From contig JANJGN010000023.1 of assembly GCA_026770705.1 (NCBI GenBank), positions 13,578,001 through 13,642,000 on the forward strand: a stretch of DNA of 64,000 bases, written 5' to 3'. Position 1 is the stretch's first letter, and the number at the start of each line of letters is the position of its first letter. Below the pieces are notes generated by a model that did no database searches, was not told where the DNA came from, and was given only the letters and a program-made list of their open reading frames with translations. Both the position numbers and the translations under genes were made by a program. This stretch comes from Isurus oxyrinchus. Taxonomy: Eukaryota. Positions 1 through 13,320 of this stretch are shown here, piece by piece.

Positions 1-489
1 CTTTATTTGCTGAGCTGTAACCTATTCAATGCTGCTACCTCATCAAACTTTGCATGCTCTAACAAGTGTGCTGTGGGCCAAGTTCCTCAGGCAAACTTTC
101 CATGTACAAATAGCCAACACAGATTGGCAGAAAGACCCTCATTGCACACAGCTAACCCCAGGGACTAACTGAAGCCCAATTCTGGTTGGACAAGAATCAC
201 TGGGGAATTCTTAGAGCTCCACATGCAAGTCATCCATTTAATGCAATTAGAATTTAAGAGCAATATAAATAAAATTCAAAAAGTCCACTTTAGGATCCCA
301 AATCTGATATTAGATTGAAAAATACACTGGGTAAAGTGAGATGTCCAACTTTTAAAGAAACAGGTTGTAAACTACTCAGAGTGATAGCAGGGTGCTGTAA
401 CTTAACTTCTGACCTGGAATTGATCTATATGCAGGAATATGACAAATCTCCATCCTACTATTGGTAAACCACAAACATATTTTTGATAG

Positions 490-813
490 AGTAAATGGGA
501 AATACTATTTCCATGGGGCAGCAGACTTGGTAAGCAGAGGACACAGGTTTAAGGAAATTGGCAAAATAATTAGTGGGGAGATGAACAGAAATATTTTTAA
601 GCAACAAGTTATGATCCGGAAACACTGCCCTAAGAGGTGATGCAAACAGACTCAACAGTAGCTTTCAAAGAGAACTGGATATATGTTTAAAGGGGAAAAA
701 TTTGTAGAAATCTAGGGGAGGGGCAAGGGAAGTGACTAAATAGAAACCTCTTTCAAAGAGCTGGTACGGGAATAATGGGTGAAATGGGTACCTTCTGTGC
801 GCTATGATTCTAT
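490..813 (+). mobile_element. CR1 LINE 3' fragment
   Basis: Decayed ORF2 C-terminus (AGAGGACACAGGTTTAAGG = RGHRFK) and 3' UTR ending in the CR1-type tail CTATGATTCTAT; similar to the copies at 33726-34962 and 52720-53159. Confidence 0.75.
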
Positions 814-1984
814 ATCGCAAGCAGGCACCATTAGTTAACTGAGACAGATCAATTACACTTGTAAAAATTCACACAATTATTAGGATGTAAAGTGTGTTCA
901 TGTCTTGTCAATTACATTGTTAAGGTTAAGAGAAACAGGTGATGGGTATTGTCTTTGAGCACATCTCAATAGGGGGTAGCTGGGACACTGGGTTGTGTGG
1001 AAGGAGAGCTGTGAGACTGAACAAGTCAATAAACTCTCAATAAAGAAAGGATCTTTGTCTTGGTTTCGAGTTCATCAGCTGGCTTGGATCATATTAACAT
1101 AGTGTCCCAGAATGAAATGCCATTGCCTCTGACTGTGAATCTGAAAACTAGGACAGATGGTGAAAGAGAGGTGCCACATACAGAACACTTGCAGGAAGGT
1201 TTGGAGAGAAAATTGGCAGCAAATCATCTTAAACTACGCGTGCAAATGCTCAGTTCATGTTTAGTACTGGTGAGTGATAGTTTGACTCATGCTATGACAC
1301 TGGGGGTTAAGACATAGATTACTGATCCCAACAGTCCTATCATTTGAAGGCACTACTCTTGTCCAATAAGAAGAAAACCAGAAACCTGAGTAACTAACAA
1401 GCATCCTCATGCACCTCCAAGCAGCTGGTCGCAAGGCAGGACTGGTGGTTACCTAGAAACAGGAAATCTACATGCAGTGTCTACTTAGTGTGCTGATTTT
1501 ACAATTCTAATCCTTGTTTTCATGCTTCATAGAATAAAATCACTGCCATAAACACAAGAAGCAGAGGGTTGCCCACTCAGCCTGTGCATGACATGGAAGG
1601 ACTGGAAGACACAAAGGAAAATAAAGAATATGCCAAAGTAAACTTTATGGTGGAAACATCACTCAAACTGAAGACGCCACTCCGCCAAGTGCAATGCAGT
1701 GCATGGATCACGGCAAAGCTCACTAAACATTCGCACTGATGAAACGGAATTCTGTTTAATCCTTGTATGCAGCTAGATCGTGTATGGACCAGATGCTCTT
1801 GACAACTTTCAGAACATGGACAATGTTCCGAGTCACATCCTCAGACATTGCTAACATGGTTTTCTGCACATTTCAAAAGCGAACATTTACATTTCACTTT
1901 CAATGAAAGTTAAAGAGCAGCTTAAGAACTGCCAGCTGTCTTCCCGATAGATTGTTGGGTTGTCAAGTTAATAGCTCTGTCATA

Positions 1985-2262
1985 ACACCCCAGGTAGTTC
2001 CCAGATTCAATCCTTAGTTTGTGCTGAGTTAGCTGATCAAGAATTGAGAAGGACCCATTCTTCTGATCACTATCCAGTGAGCCTTCAGTTAAAGGGTAAA
2101 ATGTGTGGACATTGGGTGAGAAGACGGTTGACATTAACTGTAATCCCCTTCTCTCTCCATGCCAATCAAACAGTCTGATGGCAATGTCAAATCTTTCATG
2201 TGAAGAGTGGCCACTTGAAAAAAGTACCACAGGGCGGCAGCAGCAGAAGAAAGGAGAAAACT
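1985..2262 (+). mobile_element. Old tRNA-derived SINE, AmnSINE2-like
   Basis: Motifs GTGCTGAGTTAGCTGATC, CTGATCACTATCCAGTGA, GTGTGGACATTGGGTGAG and TGAAGAGTGGCCACTTG recur in many diverged copies in the window. The family name is from recalled consensus. Confidence 0.6.
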
Positions 2263-2979
2263 GATGAGGATGGTATCAGCTTGAACTACATCATGATGTT
2301 GAGTCAAACATTTGCAAATAAAACATTCAGTGTATCGACTGTCAAACGTTTGAAAAATAAACACTTTGTGTATGCTGTAAAATGTTTGCAGATCATAATA
2401 AATAGAAGCAGGAGGGGCCAATTTTGCCCCTTAAAGGGGAGGCTCGTGTACAGCACACTGCCAGTATGGGCTGGTTGTGTCAAATGGCCTGTATGTGCAC
2501 TGTGGACTCAATGTTATCCCTCTGAGGTCAGCATGCAGCAATGACTGCAGCCATGTCATCATTTATTAATTTACAATAGTTTTATTACAAAAAAACTTTT
2601 TGTTATTTGGCTGCTGAAATCTATTTGTATGAGAAAATACATCCACTCAAGCATATTTGTAAAGTGAGCGCAGCAAATATATTCCAACCTTTTTTTGTCC
2701 CTCTCTCCTGGGTATAATTCACTAAAATTTCCTGGAACCCCAATCAAATGGCCCTTCTTTATAAGTTAGTTCAGAGGATGAGCTCCAGCCAAAATTTACC
2801 CCTCAACCGACATCACCAAAACAGGTTAGGTGATTACTTTTCTCAAATCTGACTGGGATCTTACTGTGCACAAATTAGCTGTTGCTTTTCCATACATAAC
2901 AACAGTTACTATACTTCAGAAAGTACTTCATTGGCAGTGAAGTGCTTTGGGCATCCTGAGGTCATGAAAGGGAATAAAG

Positions 2980-3519
2980 CAGTGATTCTCAAACTGGGGG
3001 TGATAGAGACTTTCCAGGGGGCTCATGCCACAGGGCCAGCTTGATAGGCAGAATTTTACGGCCCCTTCATGGTGGGGACAGAGCCATAAAATGTGGCAAG
3101 CTGTTCAAAAGTCCACTGACTTCAGGCAGGACCATAAAATCCCGCCAGCCTAAAATTCCACCCGATGGGTGGGTGACTGCCCAGAGCACTGTCGTCAGGG
3201 GTAATCAAAATGAGTGGCGGCCAGGGAGCTGGCTCTGTTCCCCTCGCTCTCTGCTCCCCCCATGCTCCTCTAATGCTTTCTCCATTTCTCCTGCTCTTTC
3301 TGTGCTCTACTCCCTTCAGGCTCCTGCCCAGGCAAAGACAGACAAACTCTGCAGCAGGAAGCAAGCACACCTATCCCACTGATATTTGTAAGTAAATACT
3401 TGCCTTCTTAAAAGCATTATTAGAACACTATTTACATAAAGCACTTTAATATTATACAGGTATTGCATAGTTTTATAACTCAAAAGGGTTCCTTCAAGCA
3501 AAAAGTTTGAGAACCATTG
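2980..3519. mobile_element. Non-autonomous hAT (Charlie-type) DNA transposon / MITE
   Basis: TIRs CAGTGATTCTCAAACT (2980-2995) and AGTTTGAGAACCATTG (3504-3519) match at 14/16. Flanking 8-mers GAATAAAG / CACTATAG match at 5/8, consistent with a degenerate TSD. Confidence 0.75.
3046..3163. mobile_element. Small TIR element nested in the hAT MITE
   Basis: AGGCAGAATTTTA ... TAAAATTCCACCC (10/13 inverted match) with internal CCATAAAAT repeats; same terminal style as 12359-13320. Confidence 0.5.
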
Positions 3520-3679
3520 CACTATAGAATACAAATGTGTTTCTTTCTAACAGAAAAATAACTATCAACTTTATATTTTTCTCTTTCAATCCCCCCTGTA
3601 GTAGTTCACGGCTTGGAGTACAATTCCACAGATCCTGGACACATTTGATACCAAGTGACCACAATTTGCATGTGACCTT

Positions 3680-3977
3680 CGACAATCAGAGGCAGGTTGA
3701 TATGGAGAGGGAGGAAGGCATTGCAGCTGAACTCTCTCCTGTCCTCACCTGATGTCCACACATATACACATCAAAAAGGAATTACTGGATAGCAATCAGG
3801 AGCAGGAAGTCTGCCCAATTCTTCCCATTGTAACCTGAAGGTACTGTACACAATTGTAATAACCTAATGCAGCTTTGGCTAATCAGCTAACTCAACATAG
3901 ACAGAGGATCAAACCTGGGGCCTTCCGGGTCTGAATGGCTCAGCAACTCAGTGAATGAATGGTTACGATATCAGGGG
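3680..3977 (-). mobile_element. Old tRNA-derived SINE, AmnSINE2-like, with head region
   Basis: Reverse complement of the 1985-2262 motifs (ATCAGCTAACTCAACATAGAC, CTGGATAGCAATCAGGAGCAGGAA, CCTCACCTGATGTCCACAC). Confidence 0.6.
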
Positions 3978-6665
3978 AAATCTACTTATCAACAAAGTTT
4001 GCACGAAGGCTTAGAACTGAAATAATTACTCTTGAATAATAATTTCTAAGTATTGGCATGGTATAGTGTTGCGTACATTCTGATTTAATCACTAGATCTC
4101 ACTCTCCTGCAGGCAGCTGACAGTATTGTGATGAGATAACAAACAGTGAAATGTGTTTCAGCTCTTCAGCTGTCACCTCAGTAACTAGTCGACATGATGG
4201 CTGAAAACCGATATTTGAAATGAGCTGGGGATCACTTAGACACTGAGAAGATTACATTACTGAACAAAATCACAATCAAGCCCTCAACCTGTGGTCTTTT
4301 TATACCAAGTTCCACTACAGAAAAATCCTGATAGCAGTTTATTTTATATGTTCCCCTGACTTATTATTAGGCATAATTATCAGGCTGGTATTCTGTAATA
4401 AGGTTTAGAAAACTTACATACAAACCAATATGCTTTATGTCTCATGTGCTTACTTCATTGCCCTATGTTATAAGAGTCTATATTTCAAAAGTACCCCATT
4501 AGTTGTAAAGTGCTTAGGAACAACCTGAGGTTGTGAAAGGTGCTCCATAAACACAAGTTTTTTTCTTTCAAGTTGATTCAATCTCTGTCAGACCTGTAAC
4601 TGCCAGTACTTCACTCCTGTGTTCTAGAGACATCTTTATGTTTAAATAGGGATTCCACAGGAGCGATGCTCAAATGGGCATGCACAGTTGCCTCATGCCT
4701 GCTCTCTCCTTTTCTATTTTGTTCCTGACTTGAATCCTAACCAAGGACCTCTTATCTGAAAATAAGTGAAGGCTTATAGGGGCTCAGCTTAAGGCTCGCG
4801 AACACAGTTAGTTGCAGACAGCCACATATCTGTCAAAGCACTCTGTCAACATAAAATAGGTTGAGCCCAAAATGCTGTGTCCAGGCATAAGCTGAATTTA
4901 GAAAGCCAGAATAATTGCATTGCATGAATATTTTTCAAAGTCCAAGTGGTGCGAACATTTCACATGTAAGCTTTCTTTCACATGCAAATTTTCCTGAAAA
5001 TCCAATTGCAAAATTGTTCCCTGCCTCATTATTTTTTTTTAAATAATGAGATCAGAGAAATCATTTTATGAATTTGCGATCCTGGCACATAGCTATGTTA
5101 GCAGGAGCGCACATCAGGAAGCTGGATGTGTTCCACCTATGATTTCTGATGATAACTTTCATAGAGGCGTGATCACAAGAGGGGAGTCAGATCAACTTTC
5201 TGATATACTCCTGCTGGGTGCAGCTTTGTGTCAGAGTTGCAAATATGTAAAAGTAACACTTGCTTTAAGCAATCTATTTGATTTACAAACAAATGCTTAC
5301 TATCAGCAGGAATACTGGAATATCTTAGTGAGATGTATAACTTGTTATAACCATATCTGCAAGAACTATATATTCTTTTAAAATGTGGAAGAACTTTGCA
5401 TTACTTGGACACTTGGGAGGTGACATGGATTTGAAACAAAAAATGGTCATTCGCTCATCTTGGACAGGAGTGAGCATGCCTTTTCCAAGAAATCATATGA
5501 CATCAGCTAAATGACCAGCTTAGAGGAGAACTATTTGTTTATTTGAATTGCAATCACTTTAATTGATGGGAAAAAAGCTTTTTTAAAGACAAAGGCCTGG
5601 TGATTTACTGGAAATCACCTGACAGAGGAGCTATATGTTTTGAACTTCTTGTTTTAAAGTCAGTTGGGAATGAACTGAAAAGGGGGAAAGCTACCCAGCT
5701 CGCACTCTTCTTGCCTTGCTTGAAATACAGTGTGATTATCAATATCCAGCTAGGAATTGTCATCTCAGTGGAACTTGTCTGTATTTGGAAACCTGGAGGC
5801 CGAAATGAGGAGGATTGATCTAGCTCTATTTTCCTCCATGTTGAAGCTCCAATGGTGAGAACTTCCAAACATCTAATGGGACTAGCGGCCTGTCCTCTCA
5901 TGAGTGAGCACCAAATCGGCAGTGTCAAAACCCTGCAAACTTTATCCTTTTTAATGAAGCTTTTTCCTTCAATCACCTATTGCTGCAAAGACCCTATTTG
6001 TTTGTCCTTTGAGTGTGTGTGTGCGCATGCTGGGGCATTTTAAAAGTGATAGAGTTACACTTCCAGATTACAAATTGTCTGTTACCCGATTCTTGCAACG
6101 TGTTTTAAAAAAGTTTTGTTTTATAATAATATCATTCTGAGTTTATTGAAAGAAGCCTGGTTAAAGTCTCTTTTGTTCTGGGTCTGACAGTAGCAAAGGT
6201 AAATAATTGGCCATTCTGGTATGTGATTTAAACATTTAATGATATGACCTGTAGAGTAGTGAGGTTATATAAACTGCACACTCCTCCCACCCTGATTGTA
6301 ACAACTATTGAGTGACAGATTTTATTTCTGTATTTTATAGATTCTTCTACTTATAATAATATAGCTCATCCCCATGGGTCAATTCTGGGATCAATGAGTA
6401 ACAGAAAGACTGTGTGAAAGGGTGAAAACAGGTGCTAACTAGGTGCTGTTCTAGTAAGGCATGGTGTTTAAAAGCTTTAGTACAAAATTTTGTGCCTAAT
6501 TTCTCATCATCAATTGAACCTGCCTGGAGATGCTAATCAGACACCTGCAAGTTTAACGCAAATGCTGATTAGAAGCAATTTTCGTGGAGTTGTATATGTG
6601 GGCTTCATGCACTCACTAACATTGAAGGGGCAGAATGAGCTGGCTGATACATGACATGCTTCAGG

Positions 6666-6758
6666 ATGGCTCTGGGACGGAGGGAGAGGGCATACAGCTT
6701 CTTGGACATGGTACTGGAGGTCCTGGTTGAGGAGATCCAGAATAGGAGGGGTGTCCTA
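6666..6758 (+). pseudogene. Remnant of a Myb/SANT-like DNA-binding ORF of PIF/Harbinger-type transposons
   Basis: Peptide MALGRRERAYSFLDMVLEVLVEEIQNRRGVL resembles the R-x-R-A-P-R-F-S-D-x-x-L-E-x-L-V-x-E-V start of Harbinger/NAIF1-like Myb proteins; similarity ends after about 31 aa. Possible element extent about 6376-7432, ending GAAAATTGTTCCC. Confidence 0.5.
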
Positions 6759-7203
6759 AACTCGTGGAGAAGGGGGAATGGGAAGGAATCCACCACAATC
6801 TCCTCCGTCCCTCATTCCTGCCTCAGCTGGTGCTACTGCCTGGTCTCACATCCTCTTCTCATTCTATCTGCAGGCCAAGGGGGATCCCTAGCAAGATATC
6901 CATAACCAAGCACTCCTTTCTCCTAATGACTACTATAACATATTCATTAAGATAGAATAGTACAGCAATTACTCCTTTTAGGTAACATGCTCAGAAAATA
7001 TCTGGAATAAATGTCGATAGAGGCATTAATGAAGCCTTGACAAACTATCTAGAAAGTGTCTTGACGTATTTCAAAAGTCCTCTCCAAACCTCGAGCAGCA
7101 GGTGAACAGTGAAAGCTGAGAATGCCTATATGCAATGCTCAAAAATCCTCAGCAATTACTTTTTTTACTCCTGTTCAACTGACCGCTGATAGTGGAAGTT
7201 GTT

Positions 7204-7220
7204 AGTTCAAGCACGGGTCA
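7204..7220 (+). promoter_or_regulatory. Candidate DR5 retinoic acid response element
   Basis: AGTTCA-agcac-GGGTCA is an exact match to RGKTCA(N5)RGKTCA. Motif match only, no functional evidence. Confidence 0.45.
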
Positions 7221-9245
7221 TCAAAATCTCATGCAGCCTCATTAATGAGGGCTAGCAGGAAATCAAATAAGCAATCAGCTCCTTAACAATCCTCCGAGCT
7301 AGCACTTCAACCACTTTACCAAGATGGTGCCTTACGCTAAATGTGGGATAAACGAGTATTTCAACTTAAGACCCCACCTTAGCCAACTCAGAGGCTCTCT
7401 AGCATCTAAAGTAACCAGAGAAAATTGTTCCCAGTGAATTTCTATTTGGATCAAATATTGGTGAAGCTGTTGATTTTAGTAATAGAGCCAGAGAGTAATT
7501 TATGACACAGGAGGCGGCCATTTGGCATGGAGTCTATGTCGGTTCCCCATAGCACAATCCAGTCAGTCTCATGCCTCAACTCTTTAACAGCTATCTAATG
7601 TATAAGACAATATAAACCTAGGCCTGCTTTAAATACCAAATCTCAGATCCTCAGGATAGGGCTATTGAACATCTTTGTTTGGAACAGACTATTTTGTTTT
7701 TACAGAGTTGTCCAGAAATATGTTCACTCACTAGCTTTTAGGAGGAGCTATTTTTTCTGATTTAGTTGTTTGTCATGCAAAACAATATAATGATCTCTCA
7801 AACTGTTATGACCATAAAATTGGAACAAGGAATCTGATGATGCCGTGCATTAGATCACTGACCAATAGTGTTGTCTCACAGGAATAGTGGGAGGCAGGTA
7901 CAATCCCCATTATTACTGAGTTCCCATGTGAATATGGAACCCAGGTGATCTTGGTAGCAGGGAGAGAAATAAAATTAAGGGGATTATGTTCTTGGAGCAC
8001 TGTCATGTGTCTCCTCTCAGTCAGCTTGGAGCAGTACTGTGGGAGAAAGCTGCCTACAGGGGCTGCTTATGGCCCCAGAGAGATCAGAGTGATCAAGAAA
8101 GAAAATTGAGGAATTTAGTATCCTCATTTATACACTTGGATTTTTTAACAACAGTTTTCAAATTCATAAGTAAGATCATACAGCAGTATCTTCCATTTTT
8201 ATTAGAGGGAAGACAGACACGAGGGTGATTGCGATGCGGGCAGCAGTGACTGTCAAGCGGATAATGACAGACAGGTTTTCTGTTCCTAATCACTGTGCAA
8301 TGGGCCCCAGCTAGAAAGGCATGTGTGGTTATCGGATGAGAGCAGGCCCAGGTTCAGCTGTGGTCCCCTCCATAAATGAATGGCATACTAACACAAAACT
8401 GCACAGGTTAAGAATTGTCAAGTTGCTGTAAAACTGGCCGCACCCCAGGGAGCAGTGAGTGAGAATCTTCAAGAAAGGAGGCCAGAAATTGGGAAAGAAA
8501 CTGGGTGCTGGTGGGTAGGGTCAAGAGGCAGAGCAGTGAGAGTCCTTAAATAGACATGACACACAAAAGGTAAATTTTGGGACACAGGCTTCCAAATAAG
8601 GAGATCAGCAATGCTGAAGGATTTTCTGTCCATGAATTGATTGCATAGGAGTGCAAATTTGCCAAATCCACAACAGTGACAAGTATGAGGTGGCTGAAAG
8701 ATTACTGTCAGAACTGCTGGTTTAATTTCTTTTAAAGCAAATCTGCCAGTGTAAAGGCTTAACAGAAGTCTAAAACTAATAGCACCACAAAGAATTGCCA
8801 GTGCACATTCCAAGACGGCAGAACAATAAGGTTCTCAAACACAGGGAACTATGAAGGACACATCACCAGGAAAAAAAAAAGAGGGAAACCTTGTCCCTTG
8901 ACCTTTAAGGAATCACTGCAGCACCAGGAGAGACGTTAATGTAATTGTGTTAGCTCTGCAACCTGAGCCGACAGGCATTCTGTAGCTCTTAATGGTACCT
9001 TTAATTTTCATCAGCATTGAGGAGGACAAGTGGGACCCTGGAGGTGTCTCATTTTACAGTGAGCTGCTTGTCATATTACAATGCAGCAGCACAGCAAACT
9101 GAACATTAAAGTTCTGGGAGACAACTTGCTTTCTTTTATTTGAGGCCTGATGTTGTATACTTGATAGAACAGCAGGGAAAAAAGCAAGAGGTTTATCAAT
9201 AATAAAAAATTGGATTTAGAACAAATGCCTTCAAAATATTTAGAT

Positions 9246-9268
9246 CAACAACAACAACAACAACAACA
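9246..9268. repeat. (CAA)n microsatellite
   Basis: About 7.7 perfect CAA units. Confidence 0.9.
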
Positions 9269-12200
9269 TGTTTTTAGATTCCTGTGTTATTAAAAACTCC
9301 ACCCCTCAGAATGTGGTACAATGTTCTGGTTCACTGTGCAATTATGGCTAGATTGTTTGTAATCCTTTAGTTGAATGGCATTTTTCAAATGCTTTTCTGA
9401 ACTGTTGCTGTTTCACATGTTTTGTATTCATTGAATAGGTGGCCACAATTTGAGTGAATATATTACATTTCTGCTTTGGAGAAGTTTGCAATTGACTGAT
9501 GCCTCAGCAGATAAAAGCACTGCAAGGTTTAATACTGGGCCACACAAACCTGGTGGGTCCAGGCTTGACCCATAACCTGGGTAGAGTTAACTCATGGCTG
9601 TGGAAGCAGTATGGTTAGATTCGGCTATTGATGAGCGGGAAACAATTAACTGGGTTTCCTCTTTGGATCATTATCAAAAACGATAGTGGACATCAAGTAG
9701 AAACAGGGTTATGTTTGGTTGTACTGCTTCCCATGATCTGTGCGGTTTTTGTTTTTAAGTTCCATACTGGGAGACCATTAATGTGGATGAGTTGAGAGGA
9801 GGCTTAAGTATTTATCCTGATATGAGTTGCCATGATCAGGAAAAGGGAAGGCAAAAGAGCAAAAAATCATGGTCCTCTGTGGATTAACGTTTACCTGATG
9901 TGTCCCAGATAGCTTTATTTTTGACATTCATTGCTTTAGTGGTGACATTTACTGGGCTTTTCTATGAAATACAGCATTCATCCATTTCAATAGCACAAAT
10001 GTGTTTGGGAGATAGCACATTTAGCCAACTGATCCTCTTGTGTCCCAATGCTGCCAGTGAGATTGTACATGTTCAAATTGATCACTGAATTTTTTTTCAA
10101 ATTGTGTCAGCTGTGAAGATAGGCAAAAACAACAAATCGAAGTGCCACTAATCCCAGGAAGAAGTCTATAAAAGGACCCCACAAAAGTATGTTATCTCAA
10201 CTGGAAAAGTGAACATAGGGAGGACTAGACAAGTCTTTTAGACTACTGCAATATGAAATTTTAAAAATAAAACCAGTCTTCCTAGGAGACAGCTTGGGCT
10301 GAATGCAAGGATGATATCTGATCTATTTTCGTGTTGACACTGAAAAAAGTACATTTCCATCCCTGCAGATTTTAACCCATATTGAATTGACAACATCCAA
10401 GCTGAGATATATATTGATATGTGGATTTATACACTTGGAGGAAGAGCTAATATGGAAAAGCAGCAATGGAGTCTCCCCTTCCCAACACCCTTTCCACAAG
10501 CTGTCCACATCGCCAAAACCATTGCACTGCACGTATGCATTCATTGCCTCCTTGGAAAACTGCTTGGGAACTTCAATACAACTATTACATAGGAGTAGAT
10601 TATTCAATCTCTCGAGCCTGTTCCACCGTTCAATGATGACAAGGCTGATTTGTATCACAACTCCATTTACCAGCCTTGGTTCCATTTTCCTCAATGGCCC
10701 TTACCTAACAATCAATCTAAAGTTTTGGAATTTTCAATTAATCCAATTACTGGGAGGAATGGTGGGTGGAGAGGGGCAAGAGTTTCAGGTTTCCACTGTT
10801 CTTCAAGGCAGCACACTTCAGTGATAAGTGCTTCAAGCAGAAGATAACCCTTTTACCAGCACAAATTTAGCCTGAAATCAGATAAACTCTCCACAATTTT
10901 ATTTATATCTGTATCCAAATCTTCATATTTTTTCTATGCAAAGCTGTAGCTAATGTTCAATAAAATGCTTTATCCAGATAAAGAGAATCAGAAATAAATA
11001 TCAGTATTCTGAAAATTCACAAAATTCACAATTAGTGCTAATCTAACAGTATCTGCAGAGTAAGAATTAAAATAGGAGTTCTGTCTCTTTGTCCTAGTTG
11101 ACAACAGAGATCTTAAGGCATTAATTTCAAACAGCAGGGGGTAACTCCCTTGTCCTGGCCAATATTCCCTAGTAATTACATTTCGTGGCTGCCAGTGTTG
11201 GTAGTCTTGACTTTGACAGCAACACGCTAAGGTAAACATTATTGTTTCCAGAGCTGCTAAGACCCCATGAAGGAAATGCTTTTCCCTGTGGCACCTGGGA
11301 CAAAGAAATAAACACTGCCTTTGGGAGTTTTTTGGATACGTATAGACTGAGTGCAAAGCCCATCCATCCATACCAGTCACCAATGCAATTTTATCTTCAC
11401 TATCATGGTTGGACCTTCCTGAATGTAATTCAACACCGCAGCAGTGTAGGCTATTAGAGAACAGCTTCTTTCAGTGGTTCTGTTACATAAATGCAACTGA
11501 AGGAAGGCCTCTAGTTTCCCTGCTTCTCCCAGGGCCCCAATGAAAACGAGAAGAGTGCAGTCTCACTGTGCTACCTACGGGGCTGATGAAATATCTTAAG
11601 ATAAACAAACAAACACAGCACACTCCATTTCCCATTGAAATGAACACCCAACAAGGCTCATTAGAAACAATTCTTGTTCGTTAGTAGATCCTGGCTACAG
11701 GCTTTAACCCCACAAGCTACTCAGGTCAAACATCTGCAGCAGCAGAACTGTAGAGCTTCACTGTTATTTAGAAAAGTCCTCCATTCATCCTTAAAGATTT
11801 CACTGCCCTTGAGGTTTTGGCCAATGACTCCAATCGTATGTGTGTAATCTCGTTAAAATACTGAAATGTCCTAGTCTGTGTTCAGCCATAAGGGTAAGGG
11901 AAGTTGACTGTTCCGATTACTGAATGGGCAAAGGTAAATCCATTCAGACAATGGACAACATAAAAAATTGCTTTCATATTAATTTATACTGTATTAAGAC
12001 GAATGCTTTCCAAGTGCAGGACCCAGCCAGCAAAAGTCCCAAAGTAAAGTTTCCAGTCAGCCAGCTCTAGCATATCCAGCAAGTTACCACTGGCTGCACA
12101 AGACTTGAGTGTTGGTAACTAGCAGCACAAACACAGCATAAAACCAGCATTGTAGTAGCTTCAATGACTTAATTTAGAATCAGTTCACCAACTTGCCCAA

Positions 12201-12358
12201 GAGTTTCAGAAGCCTGCAGTATCCCTCTGTCCCTAATTTTGCATTCCCAAACCAAACACATTGTTCAACTCTTTCAAATATAAAGCAAATTGAAAACTAA
12301 CAAATTAGTTATTCTCTAAGGATGGAAATACAGCCATGTGTATTGCAACAAAGGCTCT

Positions 12359-13320
12359 GGCCTGAATTTTCACTCCTAAGTCGGAGCGCAAAGTTAGGAA
12401 AATTCTCAACTTCATGAACTGGACTTGGGAGAAAGTGCCCTGGATGGTCAGATTTTGTTCCAGGTGTGGTGGGTATCAATAGGAGTTGTGCCCGCCACCC
12501 TTGGCAACAGCTAGGAAGCAGCACTGGGGCTGCCGAGTACAGAGTTGGGCTGGGCGAAGGCTGACCTCAGTGATCCAGCCACTTGCCCCTGCTGCAAAAA
12601 ACCCCAATAAAACAAAAAACAGCTCTCTAGCCCTCATCCCCTGAGACAGTCCCCATGCCCCATCCATGTCAACCCAGCCCCCATTGCCCCATACCAACCA
12701 ATGCCCCTCTACCCACCCCCATGGTCCTTTGCAGCCTTTATGCCAACTTAGTGCCAACCCATAACAACTCATTCCAATCCATGTCCCTCACTCTGCACTC
12801 TTTTCACTTTTTAAAAAAAATTTAAAAGCCAGGAGATTTAAATCCCTTGACAGCTTTACAGTTCCAATGAGCTTTGACAGTTCCCCTATAGCTCCCTTGA
12901 CAGTTCCAATGAGTTTAATTCACATTTTATGCACATTCATGTCTAATTTTAACAATCCCAAAGTGCACTTGACCTCTCCAAAAGGGCAACTTACCTCTCC
13001 CAAAGAGCACCTTCCCTCATCCAATGGTGTCCCTGTACCTCTCCAAAAGGGTACCCTACCTCTTCAAAGAACTCTGCTAACTTTAGACTTTCTCCTGAGT
13101 GCAAAATTCATGTTTTGGACATCCCACTGGCAAAAATTGGATCTGACTGGATTTCCATGAACCACGGATGTGCAAAATGCAAACTGCCCTGTTCCCACCA
13201 CCCCCAACCCACCCCACACACCTAAAATGGCAGGTGCTGGGTTTGGGGGCAGGACTTCTGGAATCGGGCCTCTGGAGCCATGTTGAACAAGCCACCTCAG
13301 TCGTTGTGAAAATTCAGACC
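12359..13320. mobile_element. Non-autonomous TIR DNA element (possibly PIF/Harbinger-derived)
   Basis: GGCCTGAATTTTCAC (12359-12373) and GTGAAAATTCAGACC (13306-13320) match at 14/15 as inverted repeats. C-rich interior and short internal TTGACAGTTCC repeats (about 12846-12915). No clear TSD. Confidence 0.7.

Larger units (their letters stand above)
2775..3548 (+). mobile_element. Deu-domain SINE (SacSINE1-like) 3' half, split by a DNA transposon
   Basis: GGGATCTTACTGTGCACAAATTAGCTG...AAAGTACTTCATTGGC...CCTGAGGTCATGAAAGG runs to 2971; the tail resumes at 3520 (CACTATAGAATACAAATG). Matches the reverse complement of the copies at 28781-29210 and 58133-58575. Confidence 0.65.

Noticed and set aside
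1737-1760. CTGATGA followed by a hairpin (hammerhead-like)
   Set aside because: No GAAA or UH elements follow the stem.
10323-10824. Overlapping 123-aa and 145-aa ORFs
   Set aside because: Non-ATG starts and no recognisable protein; the sequence looks like a decayed repeat.
12846-12915. Short interspaced repeats (CRISPR-like)
   Set aside because: Irregular degenerate repeats inside a eukaryotic TIR element, with no spacer periodicity or cas genes.
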